Positions 50,707 through 59,455 of a DNA stretch of 64,000 nt are shown here, piece after piece (position 1 is the first letter of the stretch; each line of letters begins with the position of its first letter). The notes below the pieces were generated by a model. It made no database searches. It was not told the DNA's origin and was given only the letters and a program-made list of their open reading frames with translations. A program made the translations under genes and the position numbers. The stretch comes from an uncultured delta proteobacterium (GTDB lineage: Bacteria > Myxococcota_A > UBA9160 > UBA4427), in assembly GCA_963822965.1 (NCBI GenBank), contig CAWGJT010000006.1:896001-960000 (forward strand), read 5' to 3'.

Positions 50707-51570
50707 GTGAAATTCGTCGTCTCCGCAGCCTTCCAGCCCCTCGAGCACCTCGTCCCCCTCGCCCGCGCCTGCGAGGACGCGAGCTTCGAGGCCATCTCCT
50801 TCTCGGACCACGTGGTCTACCCCGAGACGCTGGACACGCCCTACCCCTACACGGCCGACGGATCCCGCCGCTACGACGAGACGAGCGTGTTCCCCGACCC
50901 CTGGGTGGCCATCGGTGCCCTCGCCTCGGTGACGACGCGCCTGCGGTTCACCAACAACGTCTTCGTGCTCGCCATGCGCAATCCCTTCCTCGCCGCGAAG
51001 GCCATCTCGACGGCGGCGGTGATGTCCGGCGATCGCGTCACGCTCACCGTCGGCGTGGGCTGGTCGAACATCGAGTTCGAGCTGCTGGGCCAGTCCTTCC
51101 GCGATCGGGGACGCCGGACGGACGAGATGATCGAGGTGATGCGCAGGCTCTGGACCGGCGAGCCGTTCGAGCATCACGGTGCCTTCTACGACTTTCCGAC
51201 CGTGCGGATGGTCCCCGCGCCAGCGGCGCGCATTCCGATCTGGGTGGGTGGCATCTCGGACGCGGCCCTGCGACGTGCGGCGCGCAACGACGGCTGGATC
51301 TCGGACCTGCAGCCTACGAGCGACATCGTCGAGTCCATCGAGAAGATCCGCAAGCTGCGCGAGTCGCTCTCCCGGGAAGGCCCCTTCGACGTGATGGCCA
51401 GCGCGAACGACGCGTGGGACGTGGCCGGCTACCGCCGGCTCGAGGAGGCGGGCGTGACCCACGTGCTCACGATGCCCTGGGCCTTCTATCACGGCCTCAC
51501 GGACGATCTCGAGCGGAAGTGCGAGGGGATCCACCGCTTCGCGGAGGACGTGATTCGCGTCATGGCCTGA
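50707..51570 (+). CDS. LLM-class, probably F420-dependent oxidoreductase
   Basis: SDHVVYP, PDPWVAIGALA..T.RL, RNPFLAAK, GVGW..EF, IPIWVGG.S.AALRRAA..DGW. Confidence 0.88.
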   Translation: MKFVVSAAFQPLEHLVPLARACEDASFEAISFSDHVVYPETLDTPYPYTADGSRRYDETSVFPDPWVAIGALASVTTRLRFTNNVFVLAMRNPFLAAKAISTAAVMSGDRVTLTVGVGWSNIEFELLGQSFRDRGRRTDEMIEVMRRLWTGEPFEHHGAFYDFPTVRMVPAPAARIPIWVGGISDAALRRAARNDGWISDLQPTSDIVESIEKIRKLRESLSREGPFDVMASANDAWDVAGYRRLEEAGVTHVLTMPWAFYHGLTDDLERKCEGIHRFAEDVIRVMA

Positions 51571-51716
51571 GGCCCGCCGGGGCATGCACCGCCCCCCGGG
51601 AGGACTCGAGCGCACGCTGGATTCCGCTGGCGACGCAACCCGAGCCGCCGGGCGCGCTTCGGGGGATCCCGCGGCCCACCGGGTGCTCGCGCTTGATCCG
51701 GGCTAGATTCCCCGCC

Positions 51717-52511
51717 ATGCGCTCGATCCCGAAGGGCACGGCTGCCCTGTTGATGGTCGTCGCGGTCGCGCTGGCTGCGCGCGAAGCCCGGGCTCGCTCC
51801 GCCTTCGTGCTGTCCCCGCCGCCCTCGCTCGAGCCGATCCCGGCCGGAACCTACGACGACTACGGCCGGCGCGTCGGCGAAGCGACCCTCCGCTACGAGG
51901 AGCACGACGACGGTCGCGTCTACATGCGCGCCGTCACGAAGATGAACGCCGGCCCCGAGAACGAGATCAACGCCGTCTTCGAGGAGATCGATGACGGCCG
52001 GGCCCTACGGGTGTTGCGCGAGAGCTCCATCTCCCACGGCGCGGACGGCAAGCCGATGACCCTGGTCGAGGTGGATCACGAGAAGGGCGAGGCGCGATGT
52101 ACACCGCCCGGTGCCCCTCCCGACAAGGCGGACGTGCTCCGTCTCCCCGAGGACGACCGGGTCGGCAACACGATCATGAGCCTGCTCTTCCAGCCGTTGG
52201 TCCGGGGCGAGACGGACCGCATCGAGTTCCAGGCGTTCCTGTGCAGCGGCGGGGCGCGTCTGATGGACTTCGTCGCGATCCCCGCCAAGTCCTCCGCGCA
52301 CCCGCCGGGCGATCACGTCGTCGAGGTGCGCTTCGGTCCGAACCTGGGCCGCTTCGTCTCGTGGATGGCGAGCGTGGTGGTGCCCAAGCTCCGCTTCTGG
52401 TTCGACGCGGAGCACGGCGAGTATCTCGCCCATCGGATGCCGCTGTACGGCGGCGGCCCCGAGGTGGTGGTGGCCCGCGAAGGCGTCTCCGCGGGCTTCA
52501 GTCACGACTGA
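51717..52511 (+). CDS. secreted hypothetical protein
   Basis: Signal peptide (LLMVVAVALAA), beta-rich body, coding-like codon usage. Confidence 0.7.
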   Translation: MRSIPKGTAALLMVVAVALAAREARARSAFVLSPPPSLEPIPAGTYDDYGRRVGEATLRYEEHDDGRVYMRAVTKMNAGPENEINAVFEEIDDGRALRVLRESSISHGADGKPMTLVEVDHEKGEARCTPPGAPPDKADVLRLPEDDRVGNTIMSLLFQPLVRGETDRIEFQAFLCSGGARLMDFVAIPAKSSAHPPGDHVVEVRFGPNLGRFVSWMASVVVPKLRFWFDAEHGEYLAHRMPLYGGGPEVVVAREGVSAGFSHD

Positions 52512-53185
52512 GCGGCCACGGCCTCCGGCCCGACATCGTCGCGCGAGCGCGATTCGATCTGCCGCACGAGGGGGGCGAGCGGCGCCAGCACGCCCTCGGC
52601 CGCGCGAGCCGGCATGGGCGCCTCGTAGCCCAGGAAGCGGCATCCAAAGGCGCGCGCCGCGTCGCGGTCGGCGGGCCCGTCCCCCACGTAGACGATCCGC
52701 CCGGCCTCCCGCTCCTCGCGGCGGGCGATGCGGACCAGGTTCTCGCGCTTGTCGCGCGGGCCGCCGAGAACGCCGCGAAAGAAGCCCGTCCAGCCCCGGC
52801 CGGCCACCACGCGAACGAGGGCGTCTTCGGGGGTGGCCGAATCCACGTAGAGCGCAAGCGTCCCGCGAAGCGACTCGAGCGCCGCGACCGCGCCGGGCAG
52901 CGCCGGACACGCGACGACCCGCTCCTCGCAGATGCGGGAGTACCCGGCCACCAGCTCGTCCACGGGCGGGACCGCGGCGCCGCTCCGGGCCAGCTCGTCG
53001 TGGACGCGGGCGAGGATGCCGTGGCGGTCTTCGCGAGGATGCGCGCCCAGCGTCCGTTCGATCACCGCGTCGCTGCCGGGGATTCCGGCCAGCACCTCGT
53101 CGTAGGCGCTGCGCTTGATGCGATTCGATTCGACCAGCGTCCCGTCGAAGTCGAAGACCACGCAACGAATCGAGTCCCAGCTCAC
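52502..53185 (-). CDS. HAD-family phosphatase
   Basis: DFDGTL, SAT, K, YVGDGPAD motifs I-IV. Confidence 0.9.
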   Translation of the reverse strand: MSWDSIRCVVFDFDGTLVESNRIKRSAYDEVLAGIPGSDAVIERTLGAHPREDRHGILARVHDELARSGAAVPPVDELVAGYSRICEERVVACPALPGAVAALESLRGTLALYVDSATPEDALVRVVAGRGWTGFFRGVLGGPRDKRENLVRIARREEREAGRIVYVGDGPADRDAARAFGCRFLGYEAPMPARAAEGVLAPLAPLVRQIESRSRDDVGPEAVAAQS

Positions 53186-54270
53186 CGTGCGCCCTTGTCG
53201 ACGCCGTCCGGCACGGGATTCATGAAGTAGAACGACACCGGTCCGGAGCCCTCGAGGGTGAAGGGGCCGCCGGCCGGCGTCGCCGTCACCCTCGCCGTGC
53301 TCTCGAGCCAGACCTGCCAGGGCCGGGTGCGAAACGAGAGCAGCCAGCGGAACGGCCGGGGCGCCACCGACAGCGGGTCGTGGTGCAGCAGCTCGCGGCC
53401 CAGGTCGATCCGTCCCTTGGCCTCGGGTCCGGCCAGCACGAGGGCCCGGGGGATCGGATAGCCCTCGGCAGAGGCCTCGTGACGTCCCACGAAGTCGAGC
53501 GAGAAGCTCCCGCTCTCCCACCAGACGTCGTCTGCGGCGCCGCCTTCCGCCGGCGCCGCGGGGCGAGCCCGGCGCACCACCAGCCAGCGACGTCGCTCGC
53601 CCTTCGTCGCCGTCACGTCGATGCCGTACGCGCTCGCGCCGTCCGGCGCCACGAGATGCGACTCGATGCGCCGGAGGAGCAGGTCCGGCTCCGTGTCGTC
53701 CATCCACGCGTGCGTGACCGAGATCGTTCCGGTCACCGGCACCGGCTCCGGGGTGGCGTCGCGCACCCAGATCGTCCCCTGGATCGGCGCCGCCAGGGTC
53801 AGCAGGTCGAAGTGGTAGCCCGCCGGGGCCCCGCTCCACGACCGGATGGCGGCTCCCGGGTCGTAGTCGAGGAAGAACTTGATGCCGAGCCGGTTCTTGT
53901 CGACCTCGAAGTGCGCGGCCTCCGGATGCAGGTCGAGCACGCTCGAGCCGATCTCCATGCGCAGCCGGTCGGGAGAGAGGTTCCAGTTGCTCTCGGTGCG
54001 TCCGTTCTGGAAGGGCACGACGTGACCGTCGGGAAACACGATCTGTCCCAGGGCGTAGCCCGTGCGATCGCCCGGACCTTCGTTGCTGATGGAGAAGCGC
54101 GCGAAGATGCGATGCCCCGAGGAGAAGACGGTCGTCACGTCCCAGTACTCGGACGACCCGTCCTTCGTGCCGAGCCGCGCGCCCGGGAACGGGGCCGCGG
54201 CACGCACCGGCCCGGAGAGACCGCCCAGCGCGGTCACGAGCAGGAGGAGCACGGCCCGCGGGCACGTCAT
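53182..54270 (-). CDS. secreted beta-barrel protein, possibly lipocalin-like (CrtC/AttH/Svf1-type)
   Basis: Signal peptide, SEYWD…ARFSISN, HAWMD, GYPIP. Fold assignment tentative. Confidence 0.5.
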   Translation of the reverse strand: MTCPRAVLLLLVTALGGLSGPVRAAAPFPGARLGTKDGSSEYWDVTTVFSSGHRIFARFSISNEGPGDRTGYALGQIVFPDGHVVPFQNGRTESNWNLSPDRLRMEIGSSVLDLHPEAAHFEVDKNRLGIKFFLDYDPGAAIRSWSGAPAGYHFDLLTLAAPIQGTIWVRDATPEPVPVTGTISVTHAWMDDTEPDLLLRRIESHLVAPDGASAYGIDVTATKGERRRWLVVRRARPAAPAEGGAADDVWWESGSFSLDFVGRHEASAEGYPIPRALVLAGPEAKGRIDLGRELLHHDPLSVAPRPFRWLLSFRTRPWQVWLESTARVTATPAGGPFTLEGSGPVSFYFMNPVPDGVDKGAR

Positions 54271-54280
54271 CCGCACGCCC

Positions 54281-55225
54281 CTACTCGATCCCCAGCGCCA
54301 GCCTCTGGAGGGGATCCACGTCGAGGCCGGGCAGCTCGGGAGGCACCGCGAAGGCGAAGGTGGATTCGGTCGGGCAGTGGAAGCGGGTGTACTGCACCAT
54401 CAGCACGAGCCGGTCCGCGCGCGTGTGGCGGCTGCCGTAGTGCAGGCAGCGGCAGGTGTCGACGAAGCCGCCCGAACCCGGTCCCCCGACGAGGGAGACG
54501 GCGTGGTCCAACCCGCACGCCGCGTCCACCTGCTCGTCGGTGATGCGCCGGCGAAGCGCACCGGGGCGGCGCAGGGGCGCAGAGACGTCCGCCGGCAGCA
54601 GCGTGAAGGGGCCGTGCTCTTCACGCGTCTCGAACACGTTGAGCACCAGCTTCACCTGCCGCTCGTCCTCGCCGTCGAAGTGGAAGAGCTGGCTGCGCAG
54701 CGCGGTGTCGTTCCGGGGCGTCCACCACAGGGCGGCGCCCGCGAGGATGGGAACCGTGCCGAGGTAGGTGGTCGCCGCGTCCAGGATCGGACGAGAGACC
54801 ATGAAGCGGATCAGCTCGGGATGCGCGCAGAAGTCCGCGCCCGAGAGCAGCGCCAGCAGGAAGCGCTTGCGGGGGTTGAACAGGTGCTCGTCGACGGTGG
54901 CGTCGGCGCGCATGCGCCGGTAGATCTCCGCGCAGCGCTCGACGACCGCGTCGGCGCCGGGCAGCTCTCCCGCCGCGAAGAGCCGATGCCCCGCGGCGTC
55001 GGGAATCTCCGCGAAGGCCTGGGACGAGGCGTCGAGCTCCCGGGCCAGCTCACGGCGCAGCCGCACCTGGCCGGGATTCGCCAGCGCCTTGGCGGCGGCG
55101 AGGGCGGGATGGACGATGCGTCGCGGCAGGTGGAGGCGCTTCCACAGCAGCTTCCGCAGCCCCCGACCCCGGACGGGCTGGAAGATGCGGCGCGAAGGCG
55201 GCGGAACGAGCTCGGAGGCGCTCAC
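54281..55225 (-). CDS. 2OG-Fe(II) dioxygenase, phytanoyl-CoA dioxygenase-like
   Basis: SQLFHFD (HxD), HGPF, G..G…FVDT.RCLHYG (distal His), R..L. Confidence 0.75.
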   Translation of the reverse strand: MSASELVPPPSRRIFQPVRGRGLRKLLWKRLHLPRRIVHPALAAAKALANPGQVRLRRELARELDASSQAFAEIPDAAGHRLFAAGELPGADAVVERCAEIYRRMRADATVDEHLFNPRKRFLLALLSGADFCAHPELIRFMVSRPILDAATTYLGTVPILAGAALWWTPRNDTALRSQLFHFDGEDERQVKLVLNVFETREEHGPFTLLPADVSAPLRRPGALRRRITDEQVDAACGLDHAVSLVGGPGSGGFVDTCRCLHYGSRHTRADRLVLMVQYTRFHCPTESTFAFAVPPELPGLDVDPLQRLALGIE

Positions 55226-55938
55226 GCGGCCTCTCCTTCCCGAGCCCGCAGGACGTGCTCGACCGCCTCGAAGTCCTCGAGGGTATCGATGCTCAGCATC
55301 GGCTCGTCGAGGACCACCGCCGAGGCGTTCTTGCCGAGGATGCTCCTCTGCGAGAGCAGACACTCGTGCGTGATCGCGTAGGCCGCACCGTTGCGGTGGT
55401 AGACCGGCTCGAGCTGCTGGCGCGCCACCACCTCGCCGCCGCGGGGATCGTAGAAGTCGAGGCGGTCGCCTTCGAGGACGAGCTGCTTGCGCGGGTGGTA
55501 CTTGAGGTCCGTCCGGCCGACGGTCCACACCGCGTCGAAGCCGCCCGCCACGAGCTTGTCGACCACGGCGCGTACGTGCTCGGGCCGGCGCAGGGGACTC
55601 GTCGGCTGCAGCATCACGACCACGTCGTAGACGACGCCGTCGAGGCGCGAGGTCTCCTCGAGGGCGTGGCCGAGGACCTCCAGGTCCCCGATCCGGTCGC
55701 CCGAGAGGGAGGCCGGACGGCGGAATGGCGCGTCCAGCCCGGCCGCCTCCGCCACCGCCGCAATCTCCTCGTCGTCGGTCGAGACCACGGCACGGTCGAC
55801 GAAGTCGAGCTCCGCCACCAGCCCTCCCACCCGTGCCACCAGCGGAATCCCCAGAACGGGACGCAGGTTCTTGCGGGGGACGCCCTTGCTGCCCCCGCGC
55901 GCCGGGACCACCACGAGGATGCGGCGTCCGCCGCGCAC
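55222..55938 (-). CDS. acylneuraminate (nonulosonate) cytidylyltransferase, NeuA family
   Basis: PARGGSKGVPRKN, VVSTDD, LQPTSPLR, NGAAY, IDTLEDF. Confidence 0.93.
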   Translation of the reverse strand: MRGGRRILVVVPARGGSKGVPRKNLRPVLGIPLVARVGGLVAELDFVDRAVVSTDDEEIAAVAEAAGLDAPFRRPASLSGDRIGDLEVLGHALEETSRLDGVVYDVVVMLQPTSPLRRPEHVRAVVDKLVAGGFDAVWTVGRTDLKYHPRKQLVLEGDRLDFYDPRGGEVVARQQLEPVYHRNGAAYAITHECLLSQRSILGKNASAVVLDEPMLSIDTLEDFEAVEHVLRAREGEAA

Positions 55939-55939
55939 G

Positions 55940-57049
55940 TCAGCGCTCCGCGACCGGGACGAGGGCCTGGACGCTCGCGCCCCGGGAAGGGTCGATGCCG
56001 ATGCTGCGGCTCTCCTCGCTCGATCGCAGCGCCGCGGCCACCACCAGCATGGTCTCGAGACCGCGTTCCAGGGAGACCGGCGAGTCCTTCGGAGGCCCGG
56101 CCAGCAGCTCGCCCAGGTGCGCGACCTCGCCGCGGAAGTCGTCCGGACGCGTCTTCGGGATCAGCGTGACCTCCGTCTCGCCTCCCGCCAGGCGCGTGCG
56201 GATCGCGTCGTGGCCCGGCTCGGCGTTCACCTCCCACTCGAGGAAGCCCTTCGTCCCCTGCACCCGCAGCCACTTGCGGGCGGGCTCGGTGACCACGTCC
56301 TGCACGATGGTGCCCACGAGCCCGGACTCCGACCGGACGTGGAGCTGCGCGATCCGGTCGTAGCGCGCGCCGTCGTCCTCCACCCAGTCGAGCATCGCCT
56401 GCACCTCGCGGATGCGACCGTGGCCGAGGACGTGGGCGAAATGCTGCCAGATGTTGATCGCATGGCAGTGCTCGCCGATCGCGCCGCCCCCGCGAGCGGT
56501 GAAGCCCAGATAGCTGTCCTGGGGCCCGGCCAGCCAGGGATGGGCGCCGAAGATGCCCCCCCAGTGCTCCCGCGTCATCGAGCGCAGGGTCACGATCTCG
56601 CCGATGTCGTGGGTGCGGAGCCACTCGGTCGCGAGAAGGGTGTTGCGCGTGAGGGTGTGGTTGAAGCCCACCCCGACGAACGTGCCCGTCTCGTCCGCGG
56701 CACGCTGGAGCTCCACGCAGCCGACGAGGTCCGGGGGACAGAGCGGCTTCTCGATGAACAGCACGCGCGGAGGCGCCTGGGCGAGCTGCGCCAGGGCGAT
56801 GGGAACGTGGGTGTCGGGCGGGGTCCCCACGATGACGATGTCGAAGGGCTCGGCGGCCACCGCGTCGGCATCCGCGAGGCGGATGGACTCGTCCCAGGCC
56901 CCGTAGCGCTCCGGGTGGATCTGCTCCCGGGTGCGGCGCAACGCCTCGGGATCGCGATCGCACAGGGTCACCTCGTAGCCCTGCTCGCGACACGCGTGGC
57001 TCAGGTGATTGCCGATCGAGCCCGCCCCGACGATCTTGACCCGGGGCAC
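55940..57049 (-). CDS. Gfo/Idh/MocA family NAD(P)-dependent oxidoreductase
   Basis: GAGSIG, TPPDTH, IEKP, GGGAIGEHCH. GTG start. Confidence 0.9.
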   Translation of the reverse strand: MPRVKIVGAGSIGNHLSHACREQGYEVTLCDRDPEALRRTREQIHPERYGAWDESIRLADADAVAAEPFDIVIVGTPPDTHVPIALAQLAQAPPRVLFIEKPLCPPDLVGCVELQRAADETGTFVGVGFNHTLTRNTLLATEWLRTHDIGEIVTLRSMTREHWGGIFGAHPWLAGPQDSYLGFTARGGGAIGEHCHAINIWQHFAHVLGHGRIREVQAMLDWVEDDGARYDRIAQLHVRSESGLVGTIVQDVVTEPARKWLRVQGTKGFLEWEVNAEPGHDAIRTRLAGGETEVTLIPKTRPDDFRGEVAHLGELLAGPPKDSPVSLERGLETMLVVAAALRSSEESRSIGIDPSRGASVQALVPVAER

Positions 57050-58419
57050 TAGACGGCACCGATCTCGAAGACGTTGGGGTGTCGTCTTCGGGCGCGCACG
57101 GCGCCGAACCGGCCGAGCAGCTCGCCGTAGCTCGCGATGCGCGCCTGGACTTCCGCGAGGGTCGCCCCCGGGAACATGTGCCGCAGGAAGACGCGGTTGT
57201 TGTGGTGACCCGGCAGGTAGGCCTCGATCCGCTGCAAGAGCCCGCGGCCGTGGGCCACGGTCCGCGCCGCCAGCCGCCCGGGGAGCGGAGGCAGCGGCCC
57301 CAGGCCGGGATCCTCCGCGAAGGCCTCGAGCATGCCCACGATGCGCTCCGACGCGAAGGGCCCCGAGCGGGCCGCGACGTACTGGTCGATCAGCTCCTCC
57401 TGCTTGGCGACCTCCGTCGGATCCCGACGCAGGCGGCCCTCGAGCTGGGCGCGCACCGCGTCGACCAGCGAGCCCACGTCGAAGGAGCGGTGGCTCAGCA
57501 GGTTCGGCAGCTGAAGATCGAAGTCTTCCGAGGTGACGGGCTGGTAGGCGATGGCGGGAGAGCCCAGCAGGTACGACTCCACGGCGGTCTGGCAGCCGTT
57601 GTGGATCAGCACCTCGGATGCGATCAGCCAGGGCACGACGTTGCCCTCGTGCACCACCTGCACGTTGCCCAGGTCTCGGACGAGCTCGCGCCAGGTGTCC
57701 TGTCGCTCGGATGGATGCGGTCGCACCACGATGGTGTGCTCCGGGCAGGCCCGGGCGACCGCGGGAACCATCTCGAGGAAGTGCTCGTACAGGCGGGCCT
57801 TGTGGGCGGCGAGGCCCCGGCCGAGGTCCACGCCCGCCACGGGCGGACCCGACTCGAGCGCCCGACGCTGGCGGCTCTGGCCCGGGAAGTAGTGGTTCAG
57901 CCGGCTGAAGTTGGTGTTGATGAGCACGAAGGGCCCGAAGCGCTGGCGGATGCGCTCGACGGCGGCCGAGAACAGGGGCCGCAGCTCGGGTCGCAGCAGG
58001 TCCATGCGGGCGTTTCCGGTGACGTGGATCGGCGCGCCGTGGTAGCCGGCGAAGTTCCGCCAGAGCTGCTCGTTCTCGGGCCCCCAGGCCAGCAGGGCGC
58101 GCGCCTTTCGCAGGGTGGCGGCCGCCACCTTGTGGTGCAGATAGGAGTCGGGCGACGCGTAGACGAGCGCCTCCTCGTCCCCGCACACCACCGCATGACC
58201 CAGTCGGTCGAGCAGCTCGTAGTTGAGCAGGTTGCGCTTCGTGAGGCTCTTCGAGACGAAGATCGAGCGGGGCAGCGAGGCGATCCGCTTGTTGATCTCC
58301 TTCTTGGAGCCGACGATCACCTCGAAGCCGCGCTCCGCCGCGAAGCAGGCGAGCAGGAGCTTGGCGTCGAACTCCCGGGCCTGCGTCTCGCAGGGAATGA
58401 CGAGCACCTCGGCGTTCAT
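57049..58419 (-). CDS. surface carbohydrate biosynthesis protein (TIGR04396-like, GT-B-like)
   Basis: E..AREFDAKLLLA, DEEAL, WG, TGNARMDLL, LINTNF, VRPHPSE, IHNGCQTAVE. Confidence 0.8.
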   Translation of the reverse strand: MNAEVLVIPCETQAREFDAKLLLACFAAERGFEVIVGSKKEINKRIASLPRSIFVSKSLTKRNLLNYELLDRLGHAVVCGDEEALVYASPDSYLHHKVAAATLRKARALLAWGPENEQLWRNFAGYHGAPIHVTGNARMDLLRPELRPLFSAAVERIRQRFGPFVLINTNFSRLNHYFPGQSRQRRALESGPPVAGVDLGRGLAAHKARLYEHFLEMVPAVARACPEHTIVVRPHPSERQDTWRELVRDLGNVQVVHEGNVVPWLIASEVLIHNGCQTAVESYLLGSPAIAYQPVTSEDFDLQLPNLLSHRSFDVGSLVDAVRAQLEGRLRRDPTEVAKQEELIDQYVAARSGPFASERIVGMLEAFAEDPGLGPLPPLPGRLAARTVAHGRGLLQRIEAYLPGHHNNRVFLRHMFPGATLAEVQARIASYGELLGRFGAVRARRRHPNVFEIGAV

Positions 58420-58477
58420 CGTCGTCCTCGATCGGCGCCTGCGACGAAACACCCCGCAGGGAAGGGTCGAATGTAGC

Positions 58478-59368
58478 TCACGCGCCTTCCGCCGGGGCCG
58501 GCGGCGGCTCCGCAGGGGAGCCCGCGCCGTACCCGAAGAACGGGTCGAGCCGGCTCCGGACCAGCGCCTCCATCCGCCCCGCCTGCTCGTCGTCGAAGTA
58601 GTCGAGGTAGCCGCCCACCTTCCCGCGCCGGACCTTGAACGAGTCGGGATCTCCGGGATCGCCAGGCGTGAGCCGCGAGTTCTTGAAGAAGTTCTGGCGC
58701 TCGAGCTCCTTCAGGTTCTCGAAGGCCGCGAACTCCACGGCCGCACTCACCTCGTCCTTGGAGAAGGGGGCCTCCAGGAAGTCCACGATCGACCCCAGCA
58801 GCTCCACCGGCCGACGCCGGATGTCCTCGTAGCGAACCACCAGGGCGCTCGGGTGGCCGGTGATCACGGGCGCCCAGCCGTTCAGGTAGTCGACGATGGC
58901 CGGCAGCCCCACCGGCGAGTGCATCACGAAGTCGAACATGGAGGCGTTCCGATCCACCCCGTGTAGCTCCACCTTGTGAGCGCTCGCCCGCCGGGTGCTC
59001 TGGAAGTACTCAGAGACCGCCACGTCGCAGGGGTTACGGACCAGGAAGAGGAGCTTCCGGGACCCGAAGGCCCGGGCCCAGCGGGGCTGTGCGAAGCGTT
59101 CCCGCAGGTAGTGCCCGTGCGTGAAGTAGATGACCGGTACCCGGGCTTCCTGGCGATGGAAGTTGTCGAACTCGATCAGCTGGGCCTCGGGCAGCCCGTA
59201 GTGCTGCTGGTAGAGCCGGGACAGCATGGCGCGAAGCCAGGTGCGGCCGCTCTTGGCCCTCGAGAGCACCATCACGTCGCAGGCGAGCGCGTCGTGCGAC
59301 TCGCGCCACGCGCGGTAGCGGTGCGAAACCCAGATACGAGCCGACTTGGGAACGAGCGACAGCGCCAA
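58478..59368 (-). CDS. PAPS-dependent sulfotransferase
   Basis: AKSGRTW (5'-PSB loop), RNPCDVAVSEY (3'-PB), RYED, KVRRGKVGGY. Confidence 0.9.
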   Translation of the reverse strand: MALSLVPKSARIWVSHRYRAWRESHDALACDVMVLSRAKSGRTWLRAMLSRLYQQHYGLPEAQLIEFDNFHRQEARVPVIYFTHGHYLRERFAQPRWARAFGSRKLLFLVRNPCDVAVSEYFQSTRRASAHKVELHGVDRNASMFDFVMHSPVGLPAIVDYLNGWAPVITGHPSALVVRYEDIRRRPVELLGSIVDFLEAPFSKDEVSAAVEFAAFENLKELERQNFFKNSRLTPGDPGDPDSFKVRRGKVGGYLDYFDDEQAGRMEALVRSRLDPFFGYGAGSPAEPPPAPAEGA

Positions 59369-59455
59369 CGGAAGACCTCATCGGGCCCCGACTCACGGGA
59401 GCCGGGCGGGGAGTGCGCACGGGAGCCGGACGTCGCTCCGCGGACGCGATGCGCG

